Positions 47,143-56,634 are shown, counted from the stretch's first letter. The stretch: 64,000 bases of DNA from Tidjanibacter sp. (GCA_017521965.1 JAFXAY010000097.1:13370-77369); one strand, 5' to 3'. Notes: generated by a model from the letters alone, not told the origin. Numbers and translations: made by a program.

Positions 47143-47928
47143 ATGAATACCATCAATAGATTTCTGTTTGCTGTTGTTCTCTTTGTGTGCTCGCCTGTGT
47201 TGAGTGCGTCGCTCTCTGCCGCACCTGCTGCCGACTCGCTCTGGAATGCTGCCAATACCCTCTACGTCAATGGCGACTACAAGGGTGCGGTCGCTCTCTA
47301 CGAGGATATCGTGGAGCAAGGATTGGTGAGCCCCGAGCTATTCTACAATATGGGTAACGCCTACTTCAAGGACGACCGCTTGGGCGAGTCGATTGTGGCA
47401 TACCGCAAAGCACAACTGCTCAACCCCTCCGATGCCGACGTGGCCTACAACCTCGGCGTGGCAAACTCCTACGTCAAGGACCGCCTCAATGTATTGCCCG
47501 AGTTCTTCCTCACCCGCTGGGTGCGCGCTGTGGCAGGGGTATTCAGTGGCCGAGTGTGGGCTGTTTTGTCGCTCCTCTTCCTGCTGCTGACCGCTGCGGG
47601 TGTGCTCCTCTTCCTGCTGGCGCGTGCTGTTAGTCGTCGCAAGTTGGGTATGAGCGTCGCCATCGTTTCGGCTGTGCTCTTCGTAGCCTCGCTCTGCTTT
47701 ATGGGTAGCGCGGTGTCGAAGATTAATAGCGGCTCCGAGGCGGTGATTATCTCCGAGTCGGCCTCGGTGAAGAGTTCTCCCGATAGGGCCAGCATCGACC
47801 TCTTTATCCTCCACGAGGGTACTGTGGTCGAGGTGGCAACCGACTTTGGCGAGTGGAACGAGATTGTCCTCTCCGACGGTAGCAAGGGTTGGATTCGTAG
47901 CGAACAGATTAAACGTGTAGCCTTCTAA
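47143..47928 (+). CDS. BatE-like TPR + SH3 protein
   Basis: Signal peptide, TPR (YNMGNAYFKDDRLGESIVAYRKA), TM helices, and a C-terminal SH3-like region (GWIRSEQIKRV). Confidence 0.7.
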   Translation: MNTINRFLFAVVLFVCSPVLSASLSAAPAADSLWNAANTLYVNGDYKGAVALYEDIVEQGLVSPELFYNMGNAYFKDDRLGESIVAYRKAQLLNPSDADVAYNLGVANSYVKDRLNVLPEFFLTRWVRAVAGVFSGRVWAVLSLLFLLLTAAGVLLFLLARAVSRRKLGMSVAIVSAVLFVASLCFMGSAVSKINSGSEAVIISESASVKSSPDRASIDLFILHEGTVVEVATDFGEWNEIVLSDGSKGWIRSEQIKRVAF

Positions 47929-47931
47929 GCG

Positions 47932-48534
47932 ATGACCAGCAAACTACTCGAACAGGCTGTGGGCGAACTCTCTAAGTTGCCCGGCGTGGGTCGTCGCACT
48001 GCGTTGCGATTGGCACTCCACCTGCTCTCTCGCGAGAAGGAGGAGGTGGCTCAGTTTACCGATGCGCTGAGCCGATTTCGCAATGATATTCGCCACTGCT
48101 CCTATTGTAACAACCTCTCCGATAAGGATATATGCCCCATTTGTGCCGACCCCTCGCGCGACCGCTCTGTGGTATGCGTGGTCGAGCAGGTGGGCGATGT
48201 GATGTCTATCGAGAATACCCGCCAGTACAACGGACTCTACCACGTCTTGGGTGGCGTTATCTCGCCTATGCAGGGCATCTCGCCCTCCGACTTGAAGATT
48301 GACCTGCTCCTCGAAAATATACAACGACAGGGCATCAAAGAGGTGATTTTGGCGATTGGCACCACCGTTGAGGGCGAAACCACACTCTTCTATATCTCGC
48401 GCCGCTTGGAGCAGTTCCCCGACGTGAAGGTCACCACCATCGCGCGTGGCATTGGCTTCGGCGACGAGATTGAGTATGCAGATGAGTTGACCATAGCCCA
48501 CGCTATATCCAATCGCACACTGATATCTAGGTAG
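47932..48534 (+). CDS. recR: recombination protein RecR
   Basis: Helix-hairpin-helix N terminus, C4 zinc finger CSYCNNLSDKDICPIC, Toprim domain. Confidence 0.95.
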   Translation: MTSKLLEQAVGELSKLPGVGRRTALRLALHLLSREKEEVAQFTDALSRFRNDIRHCSYCNNLSDKDICPICADPSRDRSVVCVVEQVGDVMSIENTRQYNGLYHVLGGVISPMQGISPSDLKIDLLLENIQRQGIKEVILAIGTTVEGETTLFYISRRLEQFPDVKVTTIARGIGFGDEIEYADELTIAHAISNRTLISR

Positions 48535-48597
48535 AAGCACCAATGAAAAGGTAGATACCCTACTCTTTCTAATGACCACCTCGACACCTGCGTTCCC

Positions 48598-49283
48598 CAT
48601 TGTCGTTCAGCGTTCAGCGTTCACTCTCTAAGTGGTGAACGCTACTGAACGGTCTTAAAACACTGATATTCCAATAGTTAAGCGTTCAGTGAGCGTTCAA
48701 TCGGTGAACGCTACTGAACGATATTGAACGATATTGAACGCTCAGTGAACGGTAATACCGACCAATCATAGAAATTGGGTAAGTAACCATACAAAACTAT
48801 CTGAGAAGATTATCAACAGAGTATCATATTGATAGTTGAAACTCAACAGAATAATATGTTAATAGTTGATTATCAAATTATTGTTTAATGATGTTGATAA
48901 TCATACTCTTATAATATCTGTTACAACACAGATATATCAGTATTATACTGTTACTATGTGTTACTATTGGCTGCCTGTTATAGTCCATATTCAGCCAATA
49001 TATACTATAAATATATTACCCTAAAACACTTATATTAAGGTATTTAGGGTAATATATATTATCTATATATGCTATTGCAAGTAATGCATATATTGGACTA
49101 TCGGACTTATTTTCACAATTCTGCCCCCGACTGAACGCCTATCGTTCACCGAGCGTTCAGTAGCGTTCACCGATTGAACGCTCACTGAACGCTTAACTAC
49201 TCGATTATCAACACATTAAGACCGTTCACTAGCGTTCACCACTTAGAGAGTGAACGCTGAACGGTGAACAACAATGCAAAATT
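48598..49283. repeat. composite palindrome: 120-bp inverted arms rich in TGAACG/CGTTCA flanking an AT-rich core
   Basis: 48601-48720 is the reverse complement of 49164-49283, apart from one 19-bp patch and 3 mismatches. 22 perfect hexamer copies counted. Confidence 0.9.
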
Positions 49284-49300
49284 CAACACTACAAAAACAA

Positions 49301-49335
49301 TAGCGAGAAGAGAAATCTTCTCGCTATTATTATAT
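49301..49335 (-). terminator. intrinsic terminator of yajC
   Basis: Stem AGCGAGAAG/CTTCTCGCT followed by TTGTTTTTGT on the minus strand. Confidence 0.65.
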
Positions 49336-49349
49336 AAGGTGTAAAACTC

Positions 49350-49664
49350 CTACTGCTGCTGCAAGTCGGCGGGAGCCTGCATCACCATACTCTTGTCGAT
49401 GCGGATGCTCACGTTGTTGTCAACCTCCATCAGGATATAGCCCTCTTTCACCTCTTTAACGGTACCGTAGATGCCACCTGCCGAGATAATCTTGTCGCCA
49501 CGTTTCAGACCGTCGCGGAACTTCTGCAACTCCTTCTGGCGCTTCTGCTGGGGACGAATCATAAAGAGCCACATTACACCAAAGATGAGCACCATCATAA
49601 TCAGGAAACTCATATTGCTACCTGCTGCTGCGGGCTGTGTTGCCTGCAAATAATTGAAAATCAT
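49350..49664 (-). CDS. yajC: preprotein translocase subunit YajC
   Basis: FLIMMVLIFGVMWLFMIRPQQKRQKE and GGIYGTV motifs. Confidence 0.95.
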   Translation of the reverse strand: MIFNYLQATQPAAAGSNMSFLIMMVLIFGVMWLFMIRPQQKRQKELQKFRDGLKRGDKIISAGGIYGTVKEVKEGYILMEVDNNVSIRIDKSMVMQAPADLQQQ

Positions 49665-49800
49665 AGTCGTTAATCTATTTAGTTATTATTTTGTGTTCTC
49701 TCTTTTCCGCAAAATTAAACAATCGGAAGTGTAAAACCAAATTCTCCGCCCAATAGAACAATTAATTGCCCCTATCGGACATCGGCAGTCACCACCAATC

Positions 49801-50304
49801 CTATCGGACATCGGCTGTCACCACCAATCGGAGCGGCTCGTCGGAGAGCGAGGTGGTGATGTAGATGCTTTGCGAGAAGCGGCCGCCATAGCCTGCCGAG
49901 TCGAAACGTACATCGAAGGTGGCGCTGCGCTTAGCGCGTATAGGCTCCGACGAGAACTCTGCCGCCACGCAGCCACAAGTGGTGCGGGTGCCGAGTATCG
50001 CCAGCGCTGTGGTGTCGGCATTGCGGATAGCCAACTTGCGGGTGACCACCTCGCCAGCACCCACGCGACCCATATAGACGGTGTCTATCGCCTTGCCCGA
50101 AGTGAGGCGCTCAGCCGAGAGGGTGATGCCCTGAATAGTGGTGGAGGTGTGCTCGTGGTTGTGGTGTGCCTCGGAGGTGTGATTGTGGTGTGCCTCGGTG
50201 GTGTGCGCCAAATCGCGCTCTATGGCTTTGTTGGTGCGACTGCCGCAACTGCCTAATAGCAATACGACCGTTATCCCCACAACCAAAATGTGTAAAAATC
50301 TCAT
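49801..50304 (-). CDS. DUF1573-like lipoprotein with a His-rich linker
   Basis: Lipobox LLLGSC, HHNH repeats, CGC motif (TTCGCVAAEF). Confidence 0.75.
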   Translation of the reverse strand: MRFLHILVVGITVVLLLGSCGSRTNKAIERDLAHTTEAHHNHTSEAHHNHEHTSTTIQGITLSAERLTSGKAIDTVYMGRVGAGEVVTRKLAIRNADTTALAILGTRTTCGCVAAEFSSEPIRAKRSATFDVRFDSAGYGGRFSQSIYITTSLSDEPLRLVVTADVR

Positions 50305-50314
50305 AGGTAGATGT

Positions 50315-51253
50315 TTAGAGTAGGCCGCGACCAGTCTTTACAATACGACCCTCGGCGGTGAGGTCGGCCACTGCCTTGTCGAGGATACCGTTGATGAATT
50401 GGGGCGAGCCGAGAGTGCTGTAATAGCGCGAAATCTCAATGTACTCGTCGAGGCTCACCTTGACGGGGATTGAGGGGAAACGGGTAATCTCGGTCATCGC
50501 CAGCGAGAGGAGCAGCAGGTCCATCGATGCGATGCGCTCCATATCCCAATTACGGGTATATTTTTCGAGGTAGTCGATGTTGTCGGTGTAGTCCACCACT
50601 GCGCGGGTGAAGAGGTCGGCAGCGAACTTCTCGTCGTCGCTGTTCTTGAATTGGGGGAGCAATGCCACCTTCTCGTCGCCCTCGCGGAGCGAACGCAGGG
50701 TGCGCAGCACCATAGTCAGTATGTAGTCGAGGTCATCGACCCAGAGGAGCGACATCTCTTCGAGAGTCTGCTCTACCAACTCGTTGTCCTGCACGCAGTT
50801 GATGAAGAAATCTTCGAGCATCCTCACCTCCGAGCGGAGCGATGCCTTGGGCTCGTTCATATAGTTGATGAAGAAATCCTGCTCGGTGAGCAAGTCGTAG
50901 AGGTGACGCACCACCTCGGGGTAGGCAGTCCAGCCGAGTCCTTCGCGCTCGGTCTTGTCGCATAGCTCGTCGCAACGCTCAAAGAGTGCAACAACGGTGC
51001 TGTCAACAAAACGACGGTTGGGATTGAGGTCCTCGTATGTGGGGAGTCTCTTGTTCAGGCCAATCTCGATGCGCTCTCTGCCATACTCAGCAAGTGCAGG
51101 TATGAGCGACAACATCTGGAAGTAGAGTTGGTAGGCTTTGTCGATGGAGTGTGTAAGGTTTTTGGTTGCCGCAGCAATCGGGGTGTCCTCTGTTCGGAGG
51201 TGTGAATAGAGTGATTTAACAACCTTAATTCTCAAAAATCTTCGACTCAACAT
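50315..51253 (-). CDS. nusB: transcription antitermination factor NusB (long Bacteroidetes form)
   Basis: N-terminal RRFLRIKVVKSLYS and the C-terminal NusB core (YIEISRYYS..FINGILD). Confidence 0.85.
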   Translation of the reverse strand: MLSRRFLRIKVVKSLYSHLRTEDTPIAAATKNLTHSIDKAYQLYFQMLSLIPALAEYGRERIEIGLNKRLPTYEDLNPNRRFVDSTVVALFERCDELCDKTEREGLGWTAYPEVVRHLYDLLTEQDFFINYMNEPKASLRSEVRMLEDFFINCVQDNELVEQTLEEMSLLWVDDLDYILTMVLRTLRSLREGDEKVALLPQFKNSDDEKFAADLFTRAVVDYTDNIDYLEKYTRNWDMERIASMDLLLLSLAMTEITRFPSIPVKVSLDEYIEISRYYSTLGSPQFINGILDKAVADLTAEGRIVKTGRGLL

Positions 51254-51392
51254 AATCTGAACGCTTTGTGATATTATCTATTTTCGGCGGCAAAGATAGT
51301 GTTTTTTTTCGACGCACCGCCAAAAACCCCAAACAAATTGCGTATCTTTGCCGAGAAAATTAATGGAGGGCAGTCTTTTGCTGCCGCAGTTT

Positions 51393-52664
51393 ATGGTAGA
51401 GATTCAAGATTACGATTTAATCGTCATAGGTGGTGGTGCAGCCGGATTGATGGCAGCAGGCGTAGCCGCCAGAGAGGGAAAGCGTGTGGCGCTCCTCGAA
51501 AAGATGGAGAAGACAGGGCGCAAGGTGCGCATCAGTGGCAAGGGACGTGGCAACATAACCAACGCTCGACCTGCCGAGGAGTTCGCCTCCAAGATTCGTT
51601 CGGGCGCAGAGTTCTTCCAGCCCGCATTTGCCGAACTGAACAACCACCGCACAATCCGTTTCTTCGAGCGTATCGGTGTCCGTATGGTCATCGAGCAGGG
51701 CAACCGCGTATTCCCCAAGAGCGGTAAGGCGTGGGACGTGGCGCAGGCTCTGGTCGATTGGTGTCGCGACAAGGGCGTAGAGGTCATCTGCGACTGTCGT
51801 GTGGAGCATATCACCGTCTTGGGCGGTAAGGTGCGTGGCGTGCAGTTTCGCAATGCCCGAGGCTTTATCCGCAAGATTGAGGCACCCGCTGTGGTGCTTG
51901 CCACGGGTGGTGCATCGTACCCCGCAACAGGCTCAACGGGTGATGGCTACGAACTCGCTCACCGCTTGGGTCACACCATAGTCCCCGTGCGTCCCGCACT
52001 TGTCCCGCTGGTCACCTCGCACCCCGAGGCACGTTTTATGAGTGGTCTGCTGCTCCGCAACATCGGCGCTCAGTTGTTGGTCGATGGCGAGGTGGTGCAG
52101 GAGGAGTTTGGCGAGTTCTCGTTCTCACCTCACCGCATAGATGGTGCTGTGGTGCTACGTATGAGCCGACGTGCGGTCGATGCACTGATTGACGAAAAGG
52201 AGGTACGCATCCGGCTCGACCTCAAACCAGCACTCGACGAGGCGACAATCACCGCTCGCTTGGAGCGCGAGATGGCCGAGGCGGAGGAGGAACTCACAAT
52301 AGGTGAACTGCTGCGTAAGGTGTTGCCCAGAGAGTTGGTTGTCCCCGTTGCCAAGTCGGCAGGGCTGATTGCCAAGCACTCCTCGCGTGAGTTGCAGGGC
52401 GAGAAGATGGAGCGAGTGGTGGCAGCCTTGAAGTGCTTCGAACTCCCCATCACCGACTACCGTCCCTTTGAGGAGGCGATTGTTACCGCAGGTGGCGTGT
52501 CACTCGACGAGATTTGGCCCGACACTATGGAGTCGAAACTCGTCAGCGGACTCTACTTTGCAGGCGAGGTGATGGATATCGATGCCGATACGGGTGGCTA
52601 CAACCTCCAAATGGCTTTCTCCACGGGTTATCTCGCAGGTCAACTGCGCCGACATACCAATTAA
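51393..52664 (+). CDS. HI0933/BaiN-like FAD-dependent oxidoreductase
   Basis: ATG at 51393. YDLIVIGGGAAGLMAAG dinucleotide-binding motif. C-terminal GEVMDIDADTGGYNLQ. Confidence 0.85.
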   Translation: MVEIQDYDLIVIGGGAAGLMAAGVAAREGKRVALLEKMEKTGRKVRISGKGRGNITNARPAEEFASKIRSGAEFFQPAFAELNNHRTIRFFERIGVRMVIEQGNRVFPKSGKAWDVAQALVDWCRDKGVEVICDCRVEHITVLGGKVRGVQFRNARGFIRKIEAPAVVLATGGASYPATGSTGDGYELAHRLGHTIVPVRPALVPLVTSHPEARFMSGLLLRNIGAQLLVDGEVVQEEFGEFSFSPHRIDGAVVLRMSRRAVDALIDEKEVRIRLDLKPALDEATITARLEREMAEAEEELTIGELLRKVLPRELVVPVAKSAGLIAKHSSRELQGEKMERVVAALKCFELPITDYRPFEEAIVTAGGVSLDEIWPDTMESKLVSGLYFAGEVMDIDADTGGYNLQMAFSTGYLAGQLRRHTN

Positions 52665-52685
52665 TAATCCCCACGCCCCAATCCG

Positions 52686-53207
52686 ATGAAGAGAGTAGCC
52701 CAACGCATTGCACGTGTAGTACGCTATGGCCGCACACTCGGCCACCTGCGCCACTATCGAGGCTATGGTGTTCACTCTCCGTTTGTCTATCGTGTTGTGC
52801 GCGAGGCGGTTATGCAGAAGCGTGAGGTGGCGGGCGACGATTTGTCGCTCTATGAGCGTCTGCGCTCGTTGGGTGTCAACCGTCGTCGTGCGGTGCAGTT
52901 GCAGAATTTTTACACCATCAGTGGCTGCTCCCGATTTGTGGTCGATGATGAGTGGTCGGCCTCGGTGGGTGACGATGTGATGTGGATTGTGACCACAGCC
53001 ACTGCTCCCGAGGTGATAGAGGCTATCGAGAGTGTGGTGGGAGAGCGTAAGGTGGTGGTGACAATAGTCTATCCGCGCAACAACTCTGCTCGCTACAAGG
53101 CTACTCGCCGAGCCATCGGTGAGCACCACGGACTCAGTTTTGACAACATTGGGTTTGTGGCTCTGCTCTGCAACGATAAACGACAGAAACAACATATATA
53201 TATCTAA
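52686..53207 (+). CDS. hypothetical protein
   Basis: ORF only. No motif recognised. Confidence 0.5.
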   Translation: MKRVAQRIARVVRYGRTLGHLRHYRGYGVHSPFVYRVVREAVMQKREVAGDDLSLYERLRSLGVNRRRAVQLQNFYTISGCSRFVVDDEWSASVGDDVMWIVTTATAPEVIEAIESVVGERKVVVTIVYPRNNSARYKATRRAIGEHHGLSFDNIGFVALLCNDKRQKQHIYI

Positions 53208-53220
53208 TATATTGTAAGTT

Positions 53221-53775
53221 ATGAAGGTATATACCAAAGGTGGCGACAAGGGAACTACCGCGCTTATTGGCGGTACCCGAGTCTGCAAGCACGATTGCCG
53301 AGTCGAGGCATACGGTACTCTCGATGAACTCGGTGCACACGTGGCACTGCTGCGCGAGATGTTGCGAGGTGCGGGAAATACCACCCACGACGAGGCGCTG
53401 CTGAGGGTGATGCGCGAGCTGATGAGCGTGGAGTCGGCGCTGGCTACCGATATGACTGTGGAGCGTGTGGCTCAGATGGGTCGCTCGGTGAGTGCCGAGT
53501 GGGTCGCCAGACTCGAAGCGGAGATTGATGCGATGAGTGCGCAGTTGCCTGCTACGTTCCATTTCACCGTGCCGGGTGGGTCGATGACCATTGCCGAGGC
53601 TCACGTCTGCCGCACCGTGTGTCGTCGCGCCGAGCGCTGTGCTACCCGTGTGGCCGCGGAGTGTGAGGTTGACGAGGTGGCGATGGCCTACATCAATCGC
53701 CTCTCCGATTGGCTCTACACTTTGTCCCGTCTGCTGCACATTGAGGAGGGCGTCGAAGAGATTGATTGGAAGTAG
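53221..53775 (+). CDS. PduO-type ATP:cob(I)alamin adenosyltransferase
   Basis: YTKGGDKGTT and EAYGTLDEL motifs. Confidence 0.9.
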   Translation: MKVYTKGGDKGTTALIGGTRVCKHDCRVEAYGTLDELGAHVALLREMLRGAGNTTHDEALLRVMRELMSVESALATDMTVERVAQMGRSVSAEWVARLEAEIDAMSAQLPATFHFTVPGGSMTIAEAHVCRTVCRRAERCATRVAAECEVDEVAMAYINRLSDWLYTLSRLLHIEEGVEEIDWK

Positions 53776-53908
53776 TTTAGAGGCCCTGTTTGACAGAAAA
53801 AATATATAAACTGTCGGAAAAGTTTTGTAGTAGATATTTTTTTTATATTTTTGCACTCCGCAATTACCCCTAAGGAATTGACAACTAACTAAATATCACG
53901 CAATTACT

Positions 53909-54130
53909 ATGTATTGGACTTTGGAATTGGCTTCTAAACTTGAAGATGCACCTTGGCCCGCAACCAAGGAGGAGCTTATCGATTATGCTGTTCGCTCGGG
54001 TGCACCTCTCGAATTGATTGAGAACCTGAACGAGATTGAGGACGAGGGCGATATCTACGAGGGTATCGAGGATGTATGGCCCGACTATCCCACCAAAGAC
54101 GACTTCTTCTTCAACGAGGAGGAGTATTAG
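53909..54130 (+). CDS. DUF2795-like small protein
   Basis: PATKEELIDYAVRSGAP..IENL pattern. 73 aa. Confidence 0.7.
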   Translation: MYWTLELASKLEDAPWPATKEELIDYAVRSGAPLELIENLNEIEDEGDIYEGIEDVWPDYPTKDDFFFNEEEY

Positions 54131-54156
54131 TAGAGGGTAGTAGCCCCGAAAGTTTT

Positions 54157-54201
54157 GAGAGAGATAAGAGCGCAGGCTCTTGTTTCTCTCTCTCTTTTTT
54201 T
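54157..54201 (+). terminator. intrinsic terminator
   Basis: Nested stems (AAGAGC/GCTCTT inside GAGAGAGA/TCTCTCTC) followed by a T-run. Confidence 0.55.
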
Positions 54202-54271
54202 GTGGCTGGCGGTGTTGATTTGTTGGGCTAATTTTATAACTTTGTTCGTAGTAAAGCTAATCTAAATCACT

Positions 54272-55186
54272 ATGGATTATCAGCAACTATTAGAGAGTAT
54301 CTACCAAGAGATTCTCCCCTATGCGAAAGAGGGGCATCAGGCCGATTATATCCCCGAGTTGGCAAAGGTCAACCCCGACCAATTCGGTATGTTTATCCAC
54401 ACCATTTATGGCGAAACTGCCTCGGTGGAGCAGGCCGACACGAGGTTTTCGATACAGAGTATCTCGAAGGTCTTTGCGCTTGCTATGTGCTTGTCTATCA
54501 AGGGCGACGAACTTTGGAAGAGGGTGGGTCGCGAGCCATCGGGTACCGCCTTCAACTCGCTCGTGCAACTTGAAATAGAGAAGGGTGTGCCCCGCAATCC
54601 CTTTGTCAATGCGGGTGCAATTGTAATGGCCGATATACTCCTCTCACACCTCGCCGACCCCGAAGCCGACTTCCTGAGGTTTGTGCGTGCTGTGTCGGGC
54701 GAGGAGAGCATCGACTACAACCTCAATGTGGCCATTTCGGAGCGCGAATATGGCTACCTGAATGCCGCTATTGCCAACCTGTTGAAGTATCACGGTACGA
54801 TTGAGAACGATATCGAGAGTGTCCTCCACTTCTATTTTCTGATGTGCTCGGTGGAGATGAGTTGCCGAGAGTTGTCGCTTGCCTTTCTGGCCTTTGCCAA
54901 CCACCGTCGCAAGTTCGACTATGCGGGTATCACCCTCACAGCGTCGCAGGTGAAGCGCATCAACGCCATTATGCAGACCTGCGGCTTCTACGACGAGGCG
55001 GGCGAGTTTGCCTACTTTGTAGGTCTGCCCGGCAAGAGTGGTGTGGGTGGCGGTATTGTGGCAATCCACCCTTTGCACTACTCGGTAGCGGTGTGGAGCC
55101 CACGCCTCAATAGTAAGGGCAACTCGGTGATGGGTATGAAGGCGCTCGAATTGCTCACTACCGAAACCAAGGAGTCGATATTCTAA
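54272..55186 (+). CDS. glsA: glutaminase
   Basis: SISKVF (Ser-x-x-Lys) and GKSGVGGGI motifs. Confidence 0.95.
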   Translation: MDYQQLLESIYQEILPYAKEGHQADYIPELAKVNPDQFGMFIHTIYGETASVEQADTRFSIQSISKVFALAMCLSIKGDELWKRVGREPSGTAFNSLVQLEIEKGVPRNPFVNAGAIVMADILLSHLADPEADFLRFVRAVSGEESIDYNLNVAISEREYGYLNAAIANLLKYHGTIENDIESVLHFYFLMCSVEMSCRELSLAFLAFANHRRKFDYAGITLTASQVKRINAIMQTCGFYDEAGEFAYFVGLPGKSGVGGGIVAIHPLHYSVAVWSPRLNSKGNSVMGMKALELLTTETKESIF

Positions 55187-55290
55187 CTTGTTAATGTCAA
55201 GGAGTCCAGAGAGTAAAAAACTTGATTTTTAACAAAAAAGAGTATATATTTGTAGATGAACCTATTTGCTTACCTAATTGCCTGACTAAT

Positions 55291-56634
55291 ATGAAAAAGT
55301 TTTTCCAGATTTTGACCGTAGTTGCTGTTGTTGCTTGCTGCTATGGTTGTGAGACACCCTCCCCAGACCCTATTAAGGTTGACTCGGTAACCCTTAATGA
55401 GTCTTCTATTACTCTTACTGTGGGAGATAGTTACTCGCTTGTCGCTACGGTCTTGCCTGCTGATGCGGAGAATAAGAGCGTTAAATGGGAGTCGTCGGTT
55501 GCTTCGGTTGCTTCGGTTGACAATAATGGTAAGGTAACAGCCATAACTGCTGGTAGCACAACAATTACTGCCAAGACCGAAGATGGCAATAAAACCGCCT
55601 CTTGTACAGTTGTTGTTAATGAGCAGATTGTTGTTATTGAGAGTACAAGTGTCACACTTAACAAGACCACATTAACTCTTACAGAGGGTGAGAGCGAAAC
55701 ATTGATTGCCACCGTTAATCCCTCAAACGCAACCAATAAGGATGTTACGTGGAGTTCGGATAATAGTGCTGTTGCGACCGTTTCTGAGGGGACAGTCACA
55801 GCAGTGGCCCCCGGAACAGCAACTATCACGGTCAAGACTGCCGATGGCAAAAAGAGTGATTCTTGTGTGGTAACTGTTGAAGCTGCTTTGCTCAAAGATG
55901 TTGACAATGTGAGTGATTTGAAGGCTACCACCAACATCCCTGAGGACCAATTCTTCGTGACTTGGAAGGGTGTTGAGAATGCTGTTGGATATAAGTGTTG
56001 GTATGTTATGGAGGGGGACGATTATGAGATGCCTGCCGATGCGAAGGACAATGGCGATGGTACTTGGTCTGCAAAATCATCGACTGCAATGGGTGCATCT
56101 ACATACACCTTTTATGTAGAGCCTCTTCCCGCTGAGGGTCACGGACTTATCAATGATGAGCCCTCCTCGATAGAGATTATTCTGCATAAGTACGATAAAA
56201 CAGGTTTCTCCTATCGCTATATGTTAGAGGAGGTTGAAGAGGGCGTGGAGTACGAAACTGCGTGCTACGACTTGGAGGTTAAGTATAAGAATATCAAATT
56301 CCTCAAATCAGATAAGACACAACCTATTGCCGATGATTGGTATATATATACTACCACCCCTGTTGAGGATATCCACCACTTGCAGATGTGGTATAGTCTC
56401 TATTATGATGAGGAGGATGAGCCTATTGAGGTCTATTCAAGTACGACTCCCGGAGTGATGCAGACAAAGCTTACTCCCGATGGGGAGATACTGAGTGGCA
56501 AGTGGAAGGTCTATTACAGAGTCCCCGAGGGTGATAAATATATCTATGTTCGCGGCAAGAGCAAGAGTGTCTATATGCTTTGGACTTCGTTCTATATCTG
56601 TCACGCTCCGGCAGATAATGGCAGCAATGAGTAA
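55291..56634 (+). CDS. lipoprotein with two bacterial Ig-like (Big_2) domains and an unknown C-terminal domain
   Basis: ATG at 55291 gives MKKFFQILTVVAVVACCYGC. Two V.SVTLN...L.VG....L.ATV.P..A.NK.V.W.S modules. Confidence 0.8.
   Translation: MKKFFQILTVVAVVACCYGCETPSPDPIKVDSVTLNESSITLTVGDSYSLVATVLPADAENKSVKWESSVASVASVDNNGKVTAITAGSTTITAKTEDGNKTASCTVVVNEQIVVIESTSVTLNKTTLTLTEGESETLIATVNPSNATNKDVTWSSDNSAVATVSEGTVTAVAPGTATITVKTADGKKSDSCVVTVEAALLKDVDNVSDLKATTNIPEDQFFVTWKGVENAVGYKCWYVMEGDDYEMPADAKDNGDGTWSAKSSTAMGASTYTFYVEPLPAEGHGLINDEPSSIEIILHKYDKTGFSYRYMLEEVEEGVEYETACYDLEVKYKNIKFLKSDKTQPIADDWYIYTTTPVEDIHHLQMWYSLYYDEEDEPIEVYSSTTPGVMQTKLTPDGEILSGKWKVYYRVPEGDKYIYVRGKSKSVYMLWTSFYICHAPADNGSNE

Noticed and set aside
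43298-47255. Very long antisense ORFs: 676 aa at 43298-45328 and 645 aa at 45318-47255. Similar cases at 14778-16067, 36857-37873, 42188-43123, 61991-62947, 1959-2891 and 36064-36834.
   Set aside because: Each lies opposite a gene with strong, recognisable motifs. Their translations are low-complexity (rich in His, Gly, Arg, Val and Leu) with no motifs. This is the usual stop-codon-poor antisense frame of GC-rich, codon-biased genes.
48604-49280. The TGAACG repeat region as a CRISPR array.
   Set aside because: The repeat unit is 6-18 bp with 1-5 bp between copies, so there are no spacer-sized unique segments. The repeats occur in both orientations, and no cas genes are present.
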